A DNA stretch of 64,000 nucleotides from Thermoanaerobaculia bacterium (GTDB lineage Bacteria; Acidobacteriota; Thermoanaerobaculia; UBA5066), in NCBI GenBank assembly GCA_963816185.1, contig CAWFJJ010000005.1:64001-128000 (forward strand). Reading direction: 5' to 3'. The notes under the pieces were generated by a model that saw only the letters and a list, made by a program, of their open reading frames with translations, had not been told where the DNA came from and searched no databases. Position 1 is the stretch's first letter. Every line of letters begins with the position of its first letter. This document shows, in pieces, positions 8,176 to 18,086 of this stretch. The position numbers and the translations under genes are program-made.

Positions 8176-11100
8176 ATGTCTCAGGTTCGAGATCGTCTCT
8201 CCATGGTCCCGCTCCTTGCGTTCGTTCTCTCGGCCGGGGCCGCGCGCGCCAGCGAGATCCGCGGGCGGCTCCTCGTCAGCGATGGCGCCGACAAGCCCGC
8301 GGGAGGGCTCACGGTCAGCGCGGTGCCGTGGGAAACCCCGGGCGACGAAACGCGCCGAGTGATGAAAGGAGGCGAGGCCCCGAAGGCGATCGCTTCGGCG
8401 GTGACCGGAGTCGATGGCTCGTTCGTCCTGGCCGTTCCCTCCGAGCCGGGCAAGGACGGCAAAGACAAGACGTTTCGCGTTCGGGCCGAAGGCGCCGGTG
8501 TCGTGCCGGTTCTCTTCGAAGACGTCTACGACGCGGCGGAGACCGAAGACCTCGGCGAGCACACGCTGCCGCACGGCGAGAAGCTCACGGGTGTCGCGGT
8601 GGACGCGTCCGGCAAACCCCTGGCGGGGGCGGAAGTCGCTCTCGAGGCCGGCGTCGCGGTCGGCGAAGACCTCGCATTCCGCGTCGTCACGCGGAAAGTC
8701 GTGACGGGCGAAGACGGGAAGTTCCAGTTCGACGAGGCGAGCGCGCAGGGGAACCGCATCACGATCGAGAAAGCGGATCTCGCGCCAAAGCGGGAGACGG
8801 GCCTCAAATCCGGCGCGATTCCGAGGCCGATCGCGGTCGTTGCGGGCGACCCGGTCGGAGGCGTCGTCCTCAACGCCGCCCATAAGCCCGTCGGGGGCGC
8901 TCTCGTGCGACTGGAGAGCGTCAAGGCCACGACCCGCTGGGTCGAGACGGACGCCGAGGGTCGCTTCACGATCCCGTACGCTCCCGAGGGGCGTGGCTCC
9001 GTCGTCGTCGACGCCGGCGACGCGGGCTGGGGCCGCAAGCCCGACGTCAAGCTGCCGCTCGGCGAGGGCAAGACCCTCACGATCACGCTCGCTCTCCCGG
9101 CCTCGCTCGACGGCAAGGTCGTCGACGACAAGACGGGACGAATCGTGCCGCGCGCGAAGGTCTTCGCGAAGGCGAGCGGCTTCGCGCGCCTCGTGCGCAC
9201 GGGCCCGGACGGGATGTATCACCTGAAGGGCATTCCGGCCCAGACCTACCGTCTCGCCGTCGACGAGGCGCGATACGTGCCGTGGGTGAAGCCGGACCTC
9301 GTGCTCGCGCCCGGCGAGGGGAGGCGCCTCGACATCGCCATGACGCTCGGGGCCACGATCGCCGGAAAGGTCGTGGACGAGAACGGCGCACCCGTCGCGA
9401 GCGCACGGGGCACCCTCATGCGCGGGGGCGAGAACGCGTTCCAGGGCATTCGCCGGATGCTCCGCATGGGCGGCGAAACCACCGCGTTCCGGACGCGTTC
9501 TGACGGAACGTTCAAGGCGTCCCGCCTGACTCCCGGCGAGAATCAGCGTCTCTTCGTGAGCCATGCGGACTTCGAGCGCACCACGCTCGCGGGCCTCTCC
9601 CTGCCCTCGGGAGGCATGAAGAGCGGTATTGCGATCGTGATGCACCGCGGAGCCACCATCTCGGGCGTCGTGAAGGATGCGAACGGCCAGCCGATCGTGG
9701 ACGTGGAGGTGCAGGTCGACCCGTCCGTGAGCTTCCGCGCGGGAGCGGGCGGCATGGTCGCGAATTTCGCGCGCCTCGGCGGCCCGAGCATGCGCCCGAA
9801 AACGAAAACGGGCGCCGACGGCACATTTCAGATCAAGGGCATGTCCGTGGGCGAGTACGCGCTCCAAATCAGCAAGCCGGGATTCGCGAACGAGCGCGTC
9901 GACCCCGTGAAGGTGACCGAGAAGGGCGCCGACCCTGTGGCGGTGACTCTCGGGCCGGGAGCGAGCATCGCAGGGATCGTGCGCCGAAAGAGCGGAGAGG
10001 GAGCCGAAGGCTATTTCGTGCGCGTGGGTGCAGGAGGCCGCAGGGCCGGCGGCGGGGGCGGCCTGCTCGGCGGAGCCGGCACTCCGCTTCCCACGGGCCC
10101 CGACGGCCTGTTCGTTCTCGAGGGCCTGAAGCCGGGGGAGGTCTACGACCTCTCCGTCTTCGGCGGGGCGGGCATCGGGCCGCAGAAGCGCGGCGTTACG
10201 GCACCGGCCTCGAACGTCGAGATTCAGGTCGCCGGCACGGGCCGCATCGCGGGGACGGCGCTCGACGCGCGAAGCGGCCAGCCACTCAAGAGCTTCTCGG
10301 TCTCGTACGAGCCCGCCCGCGGCGGCGGCGCGATCATCCGCCTCGTCGCGCGCGGCGCGGGCGGGCAGACCGGCATCGGCCAGAAGCGCGAATTCAACAC
10401 CGAGGACGGCGCCTTCACGCTGGAGGACGTGCCGGCGGGTACGTGGACGGTCGTTGTCGAGGCGAAGGGCTATCAGGAGGCGCGTGTCGCGAACCTCGTC
10501 GTCGAGGAGAACGGCGCCAAGGACGGCGTCGAAGTGCGTGCGACGCCCGGCATCGTCCTCAACGGGCATGTCTCGGACGCGCGCACGGGTCGCTCCGTCG
10601 CGAATGCGAGCATCACGCACGAGCCGACGGGAGGCGGCGGGCCGGGCGGTTTCGGGGGCTTCGGCGGCCGCGCCGGCGTGCTCGCGGGCCTGGACGCCGG
10701 TGACGACATCACGAGCGACGCCGAAGGCAACTTCCAGATCGAGGGCCTCTCCGCGGGGCGCATCAAGGTCACCGCGAAGAACCCGGACTATACGGACGGC
10801 AGCGAGGTGGTCGACGTCAAGGACACGGGCGGCACGGTCGAGATCAAGCTCACCGCGGGCGGGTCGGCGAGCGGCGTGGTCGTGGCCGGAAACCAGCCGC
10901 TCGCGAACGCCCAGGTCGCCCTCGCGGTCGCGGGCGACGCGGGCTTCGGGCGCATCCTCGGCGGCGGGCAGACGGCGACGACAGACGCCACGGGCCGCTT
11001 CGTCTTCGACCACCTCGGGGCGGGCCGGTACAGCGTCTCGGCGGGGATGAACGGCAAGTCGAGCGATCTCTCCGAGTTCGTTCTTCAGGCGGGCGACTCG

Positions 11101-12450
11101 AAGAGCGACCTCGTTCTGTCGCTTTCTGCGGGGTCCACGATCCAGGGCACCGTCTCCGGGCTCCCGGACGGATGGAAGACCGGTGCGACCGTGGCGGCCA
11201 GCGGCATCGAGTCGTTTTTCGCGACGACGAAGGTCGCCGCCGACGGCTCTTTCCAGGTCACGGGCGTGCCGGCCGGGCCCGTCACGCTCCGCGCGCAGGC
11301 AGGCGACGGGCTCGGCACGTCGCGCAGCGCGACGAAGCAGGTCACGGCGAGCGACGACGTTCCCGTGCTCCAGACGGAGATCGTGTTCGACGTCGGCTTC
11401 ACGCTGACCGGACACGTCACGCGGGCGGGGCAGCCCGCCGTGAACGCGATGGTCGTCGCGAATCTTCAGGGCGGAGGCGGCCGGCAGGCGACGACGCGCA
11501 CGGATGACGGAGGCACCTACACGCTGCAGGGCCTCCAGGAGGGCTCGTACGTCGTCACCGCGATGGCCGATCCGCTGTCCGGCGGCGCGGGCTCGCAGGT
11601 GCGGCAGACCGTCTCGCTCACGAGCGACCAGAACCTCGACCTGACGTTCCCGACGGCGAAGGTGGCGGGCACGGTGACGGATGCCGACACGAAGCAGCCG
11701 CTGGCCGACGCCACGGTCTCTCTCGCCTCGGCCTCCGGTACGGGAAGCGTCCCGACGCAGCGCATGGCGACGACCGACAGCAACGGGCACTTCCAGTTCA
11801 CGGACATCCTGCCGCAGGCGTACACGCTCAATTCCCAGAAGACCGATTACCAGTTCGACAAGCGCGACCTCACGGCTGCCGATGACGGCAGCACCGAGAA
11901 TCTCTCGATCGAGCTCGTGCACGGGCAAGGGATCGGCATCCAGGTGCGGGACGGGCTCTACGGCGTCCCGATGCGCAGCGTCCTGGCGCGCGTCCTCGAC
12001 GGAAACAAGTCGGCGGTCTTCACGGGCACGATTGCACTCGACACGAGCGGTGTCGGCGAGATTCCCTCGCTCCAGCCGGGCGGCTACGCGCTCTACGTAA
12101 ACGCGAGCGGCTACGCCACGACCACGCTCGCGAACGTCTCGGCCCCGTCGCAGCAGCCGGTGGCCGTTTCTCTCACGCCCGGCGGCTCCGCCGACATCTC
12201 GGCCGGTCCGAAGTCGTTCGTGAACGGCATCCTGCGCGGCACGCTCAAGACGGCGGCGGGCATCCCCTACCCGTACACGCTCTTCGCGACGGACGGGCGA
12301 ATCGCGATCACCGCCGACGCGAGCGGCCAGACCGGCTTCCGACGCCTCACGAACCTCGCTCCGGGCAGCTACATCCTCGCGCTCGACAGCGGCGGCGGCA
12401 CGACCTTCAACATCGCCGAAGGCGGCATCACGCCGGTCCCGTTGCCGTAG
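8176..12450 (+). CDS. Large exported protein with many carboxypeptidase-regulatory-like (transthyretin-like) beta-sandwich repeats
   Basis: GGAGG RBS and a signal-peptide-like N-terminus. Repeated 'G.V.D..G.P+..A.V...TD.DG.F....+..G.Y.+' units. Confidence 0.85.
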   Translation: MSQVRDRLSMVPLLAFVLSAGAARASEIRGRLLVSDGADKPAGGLTVSAVPWETPGDETRRVMKGGEAPKAIASAVTGVDGSFVLAVPSEPGKDGKDKTFRVRAEGAGVVPVLFEDVYDAAETEDLGEHTLPHGEKLTGVAVDASGKPLAGAEVALEAGVAVGEDLAFRVVTRKVVTGEDGKFQFDEASAQGNRITIEKADLAPKRETGLKSGAIPRPIAVVAGDPVGGVVLNAAHKPVGGALVRLESVKATTRWVETDAEGRFTIPYAPEGRGSVVVDAGDAGWGRKPDVKLPLGEGKTLTITLALPASLDGKVVDDKTGRIVPRAKVFAKASGFARLVRTGPDGMYHLKGIPAQTYRLAVDEARYVPWVKPDLVLAPGEGRRLDIAMTLGATIAGKVVDENGAPVASARGTLMRGGENAFQGIRRMLRMGGETTAFRTRSDGTFKASRLTPGENQRLFVSHADFERTTLAGLSLPSGGMKSGIAIVMHRGATISGVVKDANGQPIVDVEVQVDPSVSFRAGAGGMVANFARLGGPSMRPKTKTGADGTFQIKGMSVGEYALQISKPGFANERVDPVKVTEKGADPVAVTLGPGASIAGIVRRKSGEGAEGYFVRVGAGGRRAGGGGGLLGGAGTPLPTGPDGLFVLEGLKPGEVYDLSVFGGAGIGPQKRGVTAPASNVEIQVAGTGRIAGTALDARSGQPLKSFSVSYEPARGGGAIIRLVARGAGGQTGIGQKREFNTEDGAFTLEDVPAGTWTVVVEAKGYQEARVANLVVEENGAKDGVEVRATPGIVLNGHVSDARTGRSVANASITHEPTGGGGPGGFGGFGGRAGVLAGLDAGDDITSDAEGNFQIEGLSAGRIKVTAKNPDYTDGSEVVDVKDTGGTVEIKLTAGGSASGVVVAGNQPLANAQVALAVAGDAGFGRILGGGQTATTDATGRFVFDHLGAGRYSVSAGMNGKSSDLSEFVLQAGDSKSDLVLSLSAGSTIQGTVSGLPDGWKTGATVAASGIESFFATTKVAADGSFQVTGVPAGPVTLRAQAGDGLGTSRSATKQVTASDDVPVLQTEIVFDVGFTLTGHVTRAGQPAVNAMVVANLQGGGGRQATTRTDDGGTYTLQGLQEGSYVVTAMADPLSGGAGSQVRQTVSLTSDQNLDLTFPTAKVAGTVTDADTKQPLADATVSLASASGTGSVPTQRMATTDSNGHFQFTDILPQAYTLNSQKTDYQFDKRDLTAADDGSTENLSIELVHGQGIGIQVRDGLYGVPMRSVLARVLDGNKSAVFTGTIALDTSGVGEIPSLQPGGYALYVNASGYATTTLANVSAPSQQPVAVSLTPGGSADISAGPKSFVNGILRGTLKTAAGIPYPYTLFATDGRIAITADASGQTGFRRLTNLAPGSYILALDSGGGTTFNIAEGGITPVPLP

Positions 12451-12512
12451 GAACACGAGAAGAAGAGAAAATCTTCGGAAAGAGAATTCGGAGAATGAAA
12501 TTCCTCTGATAT

Positions 12513-12536
12513 TCGGGGCTGCTGTTGCAGCCCCGA
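12513..12536. terminator. Perfect 10-bp stem hairpin, terminator-like
   Basis: TCGGGGCTGC-TGTT-GCAGCCCCGA downstream of the 8176-12450 gene. No clear U-tract. Confidence 0.45.
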
Positions 12537-12552
12537 TAGTAGAAATCTTCTT

Positions 12553-12627
12553 CCCGGATGTCCGGAGTCAAGGGCGCGCTGCGCGCGCCGCGTAGCGGTC
12601 GAAGACCCTTGACACCGGACATCCGGG
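12553..12627. repeat. Intergenic palindromic element (REP/MITE-like)
   Basis: 22-bp inverted repeat CCCGGATGTCCGGAGTCAAGGG / CCCTTGACACCGGACATCCGGG (1 mismatch) enclosing two mini-hairpins (GCGCGC-TGC-GCGCGC and CCGC-GTA-GCGG). Confidence 0.65.
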
Positions 12628-12661
12628 GGGCATCCGACTCTTCAGCCGTTAAGATCCGCGC

Positions 12662-14659
12662 ATGAAAATGCACGGGAGCAGGAATCTCTTATTCTTCGTC
12701 CTCTTGGCGCTCGCCATGTCTGCCGCCTTCGCGGAAACGCCCGAACAAGCGCGCGGGAGAAAGCAGGCCGCGGCGCTGTGGCGACCGGCCGACGGCGACG
12801 CGGCGGCCTTCGAGGCGTTCGCGAAGGCGAACACGGCGTCCGACGCTGCGACGCGCGAGGCCCTTTTCACTCGTCTTTCGGCGGCGATCGTCTCGCTCGA
12901 GGGGCACATGGGCGAGGCTGGCCGCGACCTCAGGATGTACGTGGACCTGGATCGGGGCCCGATCCTGCCGTTCGACGAGGTGCTCGCGGCGTACGATCCC
13001 GGCGCTCACCTCACGGACGACCTCTTCGAGAACAAGCTCGCGTTCACGGCGCTTCTCAACTTCCCCGTGTACTCGCTCGACGAGAAGCTCCGCCTCGGTC
13101 CGGCGTGGACCCGGCGCCAGTGGGCGGAGGCGCGTCTCGCGGACCGCTTCGCGCATCGCGTTCCAGCCAGCGTGAACCTTGCGATCGCGAAGGCTCAATC
13201 CGACGCGGCGCAATACATCGCGTCGTACAACATCTGGATGCATCACCTCGTGGACGACAAGGGGGTCCGCCTCTTCCCGCCGAAGATGCGGCTCCTCTCG
13301 CACTGGAACCTGCGCGACGAGCTCAAGTCCGATTACGCCGACAGACAGAATGGGCCAGCCAAGCAGCGCGCGATCCGCAAGGTCATGGAGCGCATCGTCG
13401 ACCAGACGATCCCGGCGGCCGTTCTCGACAACCCCGGCGTCGACTGGAATCCGTTCACGAACGAGGTTCGCAAAGCGGCCGTCAAGGACTCGGATCTGCC
13501 CGAGAAGGCCGTCGCCCCCGGCCCCGAGCCCGACACGCGTTACGCGACCCTTCTCGCGGATTTTCGCGCCGTGAGGCAGGCCGATCCCTACTCGCCCACG
13601 GCGCCCACGTTCATCGCGCGGAAGTTCGACGAGGGGCGCCAGCTTCCGGAAGCGCGTGTCCGGAAAATGCTCGAGGACGTTCTGTCGTCTCCGCTCGTTC
13701 CGAAAGTCGCCGCGCTCATCGAGAAGCGCCTCGGCCGGAAGCTTTCGGCCGTCGACGTCTGGTATCCGGGGTTCCGTCCGCAGCCGGCCCAGACGGGCGC
13801 AGAGCTCGACGCGCTCGTGCGGGCGAAATACCCCACGCCCGAGGCATACGCGAAAGATATCCCGAACCTTCTCGTCAAGCTCGGGTTCTCGAAGGAGAAA
13901 GCCGAGTACGTCGCCGCCCACATGGAGGTGCATCCCGCGCGCGGCTCGGGCCACGCGTCGGGCGCCGAGCTCAAGGGCTACAAGGCCTACCTCAGGACGC
14001 GCGTCGAGAAGGACGGGATGAACTACAAGGGCTACAACATCGCCGTCCACGAGATGGGGCACAACGTCGAGCAGACGTTCTCCCTCTACGAGGTCGATGA
14101 ACCGCTGCTGAAAGGCGTGCCGAACACGGCCTTCACCGAGGCGCTCGCGTTCGTGTTCCAGGGCCACGACCTCGAGCTCCTCGGCCTCGCGCAGCCTTCG
14201 GAGAAGGCGCGTGCGGAGAAGACGCTCGACGCGTTCTGGGGTGCATACGAGATCGCGGGCGTCGGCCTCGTCGACATGGGCGTCTGGCACTTCATGTACG
14301 ACCACCCCGAGGCGACGCCGTCCGAGCTGAAAGCCGCGACGATTGCGATCGCGCGCGACGTGTGGAACCGCTTTTACGCGCCCGTCCTCGGCGAGAAGGA
14401 CGTCACACTCCTCGCGATCTATTCGCACATGATCGACGCGTTTCTCTACCTGCCCGACTATTCGATCGGCCACATGATCGCGTTCCAGGTCGAGCGGCAG
14501 ATGGAGAAAGCCGGGGCGATCGGCCCCGAGTTCGAGCGCATGGCGAAGCTGGGCGATATCGCGCCCGATCTCTGGATGACCGAGGCCACCGGCGCGCCGG
14601 TCGGCCCCGAGGCGCTGCTCGCCGAGACCCAGAAGGCGCTCGTCGCCGTGACCCGGTGA
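12662..14659 (+). CDS. Exported gluzincin-type (M3/M2-like) metallopeptidase-like protein
   Basis: Signal peptide, AVHEMGH (HExxH) and downstream NTAFTEA (third-ligand Glu), late H...Y..Y motif (SHMIDAFLYLPDY). Confidence 0.7.
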   Translation: MKMHGSRNLLFFVLLALAMSAAFAETPEQARGRKQAAALWRPADGDAAAFEAFAKANTASDAATREALFTRLSAAIVSLEGHMGEAGRDLRMYVDLDRGPILPFDEVLAAYDPGAHLTDDLFENKLAFTALLNFPVYSLDEKLRLGPAWTRRQWAEARLADRFAHRVPASVNLAIAKAQSDAAQYIASYNIWMHHLVDDKGVRLFPPKMRLLSHWNLRDELKSDYADRQNGPAKQRAIRKVMERIVDQTIPAAVLDNPGVDWNPFTNEVRKAAVKDSDLPEKAVAPGPEPDTRYATLLADFRAVRQADPYSPTAPTFIARKFDEGRQLPEARVRKMLEDVLSSPLVPKVAALIEKRLGRKLSAVDVWYPGFRPQPAQTGAELDALVRAKYPTPEAYAKDIPNLLVKLGFSKEKAEYVAAHMEVHPARGSGHASGAELKGYKAYLRTRVEKDGMNYKGYNIAVHEMGHNVEQTFSLYEVDEPLLKGVPNTAFTEALAFVFQGHDLELLGLAQPSEKARAEKTLDAFWGAYEIAGVGLVDMGVWHFMYDHPEATPSELKAATIAIARDVWNRFYAPVLGEKDVTLLAIYSHMIDAFLYLPDYSIGHMIAFQVERQMEKAGAIGPEFERMAKLGDIAPDLWMTEATGAPVGPEALLAETQKALVAVTR

Positions 14660-14696
14660 CCAGAACCCGTGCTCCTCTTCCCCGTATCATGACGGC

Positions 14697-16034
14697 ATGA
14701 GAGTCACCTCCACCCTCGTCGCCGCGCTTCTTGCGGCTTCCGCTCCCTCATTGGCTTCCACCACGAAAGAGGCGACGAAAGAAGTCCTACCGTTCATCGC
14801 CGACGACTACCCGAAAGGCCTCGCGCTCGCACGCGCTGAGGGGAAGCCGATCTTCCTCGAGGCCTGGGCGCCCTGGTGACACACGTGCCGCACCATGAGG
14901 GCCTTCGTCTTCACGGACAGGGCGCTCGGGCGGCAGGCCGGACGGTTCGTCTGGCTCTCGATCAACACCGAGAAGCGCGAGAACGCCCCGGTGCTCGCGA
15001 AGTTCCCGGTCCAGGCGTGGCCTTCGTACTACGTCATCGACCCGAAGTCTGAGAAAGTCGTCCTGCGTCATGTGGGCGGCGCTACGGTGTCGCAGCTCCA
15101 GCGCATCCTCGACGACGGGGAGAAGGCGACGCGCGAAGCGGGAGCCTCCTCCGGGACCGTCGAGACTCTCGCGAAGGCGGACCGTCTCTACGCGGAGGGA
15201 AAGAACGCCGAGGCTGCGGCCGCATTCCGCGCCGCTCTTCCGGGCCTGCCGCCGTCGTCGCCGTCCTACGCCCGGGCGGTCGACTCGGTCCTGTTCGCGC
15301 TCTCGGCGAGCCGCCAGCGGGATTCGTGCGCGACGATCGCGCGCGACGCCTTTCCGCACCTTCGCTCTGCGCCCTCGGCCGCGAACGTGGCCGGCTCGGG
15401 CCTCGACTGCGCGGTTTCGCTCCCGAAGGACGCTCCCGGGAGGGCCGCTCTCGTCCAGGCCCTCACGGCGGACGCGCGCGAGGTCCTCTCGGGAAAGCAC
15501 GCGGGTCTTGCGGTCGATGACGTCTCGTCGCTGTACCAGTCGCTCGCCGACGCGCGGGGGAGCGAGGGTGACGAGGCCGGGAAGAAGAAGGCGCTCGAAG
15601 AGTGGGCGTCGTATCTCGAGGGAGAGGCCGCGAAGGCGAAGACGGCCGATGGCCGCGCCGCGTTCGACGCGCACCGGATCACCGCCTACCTCGAGCTGGG
15701 CCAGCCCGAGCGGGGAATCCCGATGCTCGAGGCCTCCGAGCGCGATTTTCCCGACGACTACAACCCGCCCGCGCGCCTCGCCCTCGCGTACCGGGACATG
15801 AAGAAGTACGACGAGGCCCTCGCGGCGTCCGATCGCGCGCTCCTGCGCGCGTACGGCCCACGAAAGCTCGTCATCCTGAACGCGCGCGCAGACATCTACG
15901 ACCGGAAGGGAGACGCGGCCCATGCGCGCAAGACGCGCGAGGACGCCCTGACCTGGGCCGAATCCCTCCCGAAGGAGCAGGTTTCCGAGCGTCATATCGC
16001 CGCGCTGAAGAAGCAGCTCGAAACGTCTAAGTAG
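14697..16034 (+). CDS. Exported thioredoxin-fold + TPR protein with in-frame UGA (predicted selenocysteine, UxxC)
   Basis: ORFs 14697-14879 and 14895-16034 are in the same frame and read EAWAPW-[TGA]-HTC-RTM, the thioredoxin WCxxC site. A helical TPR-like C-terminus follows. Confidence 0.85.
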
Positions 16035-16060
16035 AATCGACTCGTCGAGACGGAGGTTCC

Positions 16061-17392
16061 ATGCGGCGGATTCTCCGCGCGGTCGTTCCGGCGGTCGTCC
16101 TCCTCGCGCATGCCGCGTTCGCGCAGGACTCGCTCCTCGGCCCGGACGCCCTCGCCTCCGAGTCCGGGCGCTTCCGCCTCAGGGTGGAGGCGAAGATCAA
16201 CGCGCGCACCTCGGCTTCCGTCGAATTCCCCGTCATGAACACGGGCGCGCCCTTCCCGGTCGTTTTGGAAACCGTCTCGCCGCACACCTCCGCGGAGATC
16301 TCGAACATCATCCTCACGGCCGAGGGCGACTTCACGCCCGACATCTTCGCGAGGGTCGTCATCAACTTCCTCGACCTTTACAACCGCAATCCCTCGTCCA
16401 CTCCGGACCGCATCTTCGTCCGCGAGGCTTACCTGCGGTTCGGGAAGAAGTTCGAAGCTCTGAAGGAGATGCCCGGCACGACCGTCTATCTCGAGCTCGG
16501 AAAGGCGCCGCGCTTCGCGAAGCAGATCGTGCGGCGTCTCGAGACCTACGGCCTGTGGGGCACGGCCGTCAACCGCTTCGAGGAGACAGGGACCGAGGCG
16601 GGCGGCTCGTTCGGCGCGCACGTCTACTGGCGCGCGAGCGCCACCGGCGGGACGCCGCTCTATTTCCGCGACCCGAACGCGCTTGCGGGCGACAACAACA
16701 CGCTCGAGCACACCGCCAGCTACCCGGTGCCGGTCGTCTACGGCTCGGGCATCCCGATCCTCTACGACACGATGGGGACGGACGTGAACTTCTCGGGCCG
16801 CTTCCAGCTCGGCGGCGGGGTCGGGCTGCGCTTCAACTGGGGTGCGGACCGCCGTGACGGCGTCGACGTCCTCGGCTGGCATTTCCGCCGCGATCTCACC
16901 ACGTATGCCCCGATCCGCGGCACGTTCTACTCGGGCGATCTCGAGGTCCTGGAGGGCAACGGCATTCCCCTGCCCTTCAGCGGAACCGAGAAATACGAGT
17001 ACGGTCTGAACCTGGAGGCGCGCTTCGGACCCGTACACCTCTTCGGGCAGGGCGTGAAGCAGTCCATCGCGGGCCTCGGGCGTGAAGGTTACGAGGTCGA
17101 GGCCTCCGTGCGCATCGCGCTCCCGGGCCTCTTCGCGTCGGGCGACCAGCCGGTCGTCAACTGGATCGAGCCCGACGTGCGCGTTTCGTACATCGACAAC
17201 CTCTTCGATCTGCCGGTCGGCTTCGTGGCGCCCTCCTTCGGATGGGACTGGCGCAAGTACGATTACGGCTTCCGGCTCGGCATCGTGCGCGGCCTCGATC
17301 TCACGGCCGAGTACACGCGCAACGAGGTCATCACGCGGAGAGGCCACATCCACCCGGACGAGGGTCTCCTGACGCTCCACGCGGCGTTCTGA
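16061..17392 (+). CDS. Putative outer-membrane beta-barrel/porin-like protein
   Basis: Signal peptide, alternating beta-strand pattern, 'VREAYLRFG', C-terminal Phe. Confidence 0.65.
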   Translation: MRRILRAVVPAVVLLAHAAFAQDSLLGPDALASESGRFRLRVEAKINARTSASVEFPVMNTGAPFPVVLETVSPHTSAEISNIILTAEGDFTPDIFARVVINFLDLYNRNPSSTPDRIFVREAYLRFGKKFEALKEMPGTTVYLELGKAPRFAKQIVRRLETYGLWGTAVNRFEETGTEAGGSFGAHVYWRASATGGTPLYFRDPNALAGDNNTLEHTASYPVPVVYGSGIPILYDTMGTDVNFSGRFQLGGGVGLRFNWGADRRDGVDVLGWHFRRDLTTYAPIRGTFYSGDLEVLEGNGIPLPFSGTEKYEYGLNLEARFGPVHLFGQGVKQSIAGLGREGYEVEASVRIALPGLFASGDQPVVNWIEPDVRVSYIDNLFDLPVGFVAPSFGWDWRKYDYGFRLGIVRGLDLTAEYTRNEVITRRGHIHPDEGLLTLHAAF

Positions 17393-17393
17393 T

Positions 17394-17975
17394 TCAGAGA
17401 AGGAACGCCTTCGCGAAGAGGCCGAGGCCGATCAGCCCGACGCCCATCGACCCGTACCACACGAGCTTGTTTCGCGTCAGCGCGGCGATGGCTCCGAGCG
17501 CGATCGACACCTGGAAGAGCATGACGGTGATCGAAAAGCCGTGGTGTTCGTGCAGGAGGTGGTCGGCTTCCTTCGACTTCGCATCCCGTTCGTGCTCTTT
17601 CTCCTCGGCTTTCTCCTTGATCTCGGCCTGCTCGTCCTTGTAGCGTTTCTGCTCCTCCGCGAACTTTGCCGGGGCCTCGCGCCCCGCCGCGAGCCACGCC
17701 GTGGCCGAAGCCTCCTGCACCGCGGCCTTCAACCCCTTCGCCTGGTAATAGGCCCACTGGTCCGAGGCCTCGGCCTGCAGTCGCGTGGCTTCCGTCTTCA
17801 GCACGAGCGCCTCGTTCACGGTCGCGCCCGCGCGCAGGGAGGCGATCGCGGCACAAACCGCGAGGAGCGCCGTCGTCAGCGCGATTTGCCTGAGGAAGGA
17901 TCCGCCTTCTTTCTCCATCTCCTCCTGAATCGCCTCGTGCAGTTTTTCGGTCTCGACTTCCGGGCCCTCAGGCAT
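17394..17975 (-). CDS. DUF4337-like membrane protein
   Basis: GAGGAGG RBS, IALTTALLAV TM segment, ASDQWAYYQAK motif, C-terminal TM pair. Confidence 0.8.
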   Translation of the reverse strand: MPEGPEVETEKLHEAIQEEMEKEGGSFLRQIALTTALLAVCAAIASLRAGATVNEALVLKTEATRLQAEASDQWAYYQAKGLKAAVQEASATAWLAAGREAPAKFAEEQKRYKDEQAEIKEKAEEKEHERDAKSKEADHLLHEHHGFSITVMLFQVSIALGAIAALTRNKLVWYGSMGVGLIGLGLFAKAFLL

Positions 17976-18086
17976 CCGATCCTCCTCGCGTGGGGATTCT
18001 GCCTCACGAGCAGCCGGCGAAGCTCCTTCTGGCGCCGATCTTGCGACGTTGGAACCGCGGGGTTTCGATCTCGCAGGATGGTGACC

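Noticed and set aside
8140-12456. 1438-aa antisense ORF and many other long overlapping ORFs
   Set aside because: These are Arg/Ala/Gly-rich shadow frames expected at high GC. They have no motifs, and the opposite or alternate frame holds a recognisable gene.
14877-14879. Genome-wide UGA reassignment (alternative genetic code)
   Set aside because: TGA is the normal stop of most genes here, often in ATGA/GTGA overlaps. Readthrough is implied only at two catalytic Cys positions.
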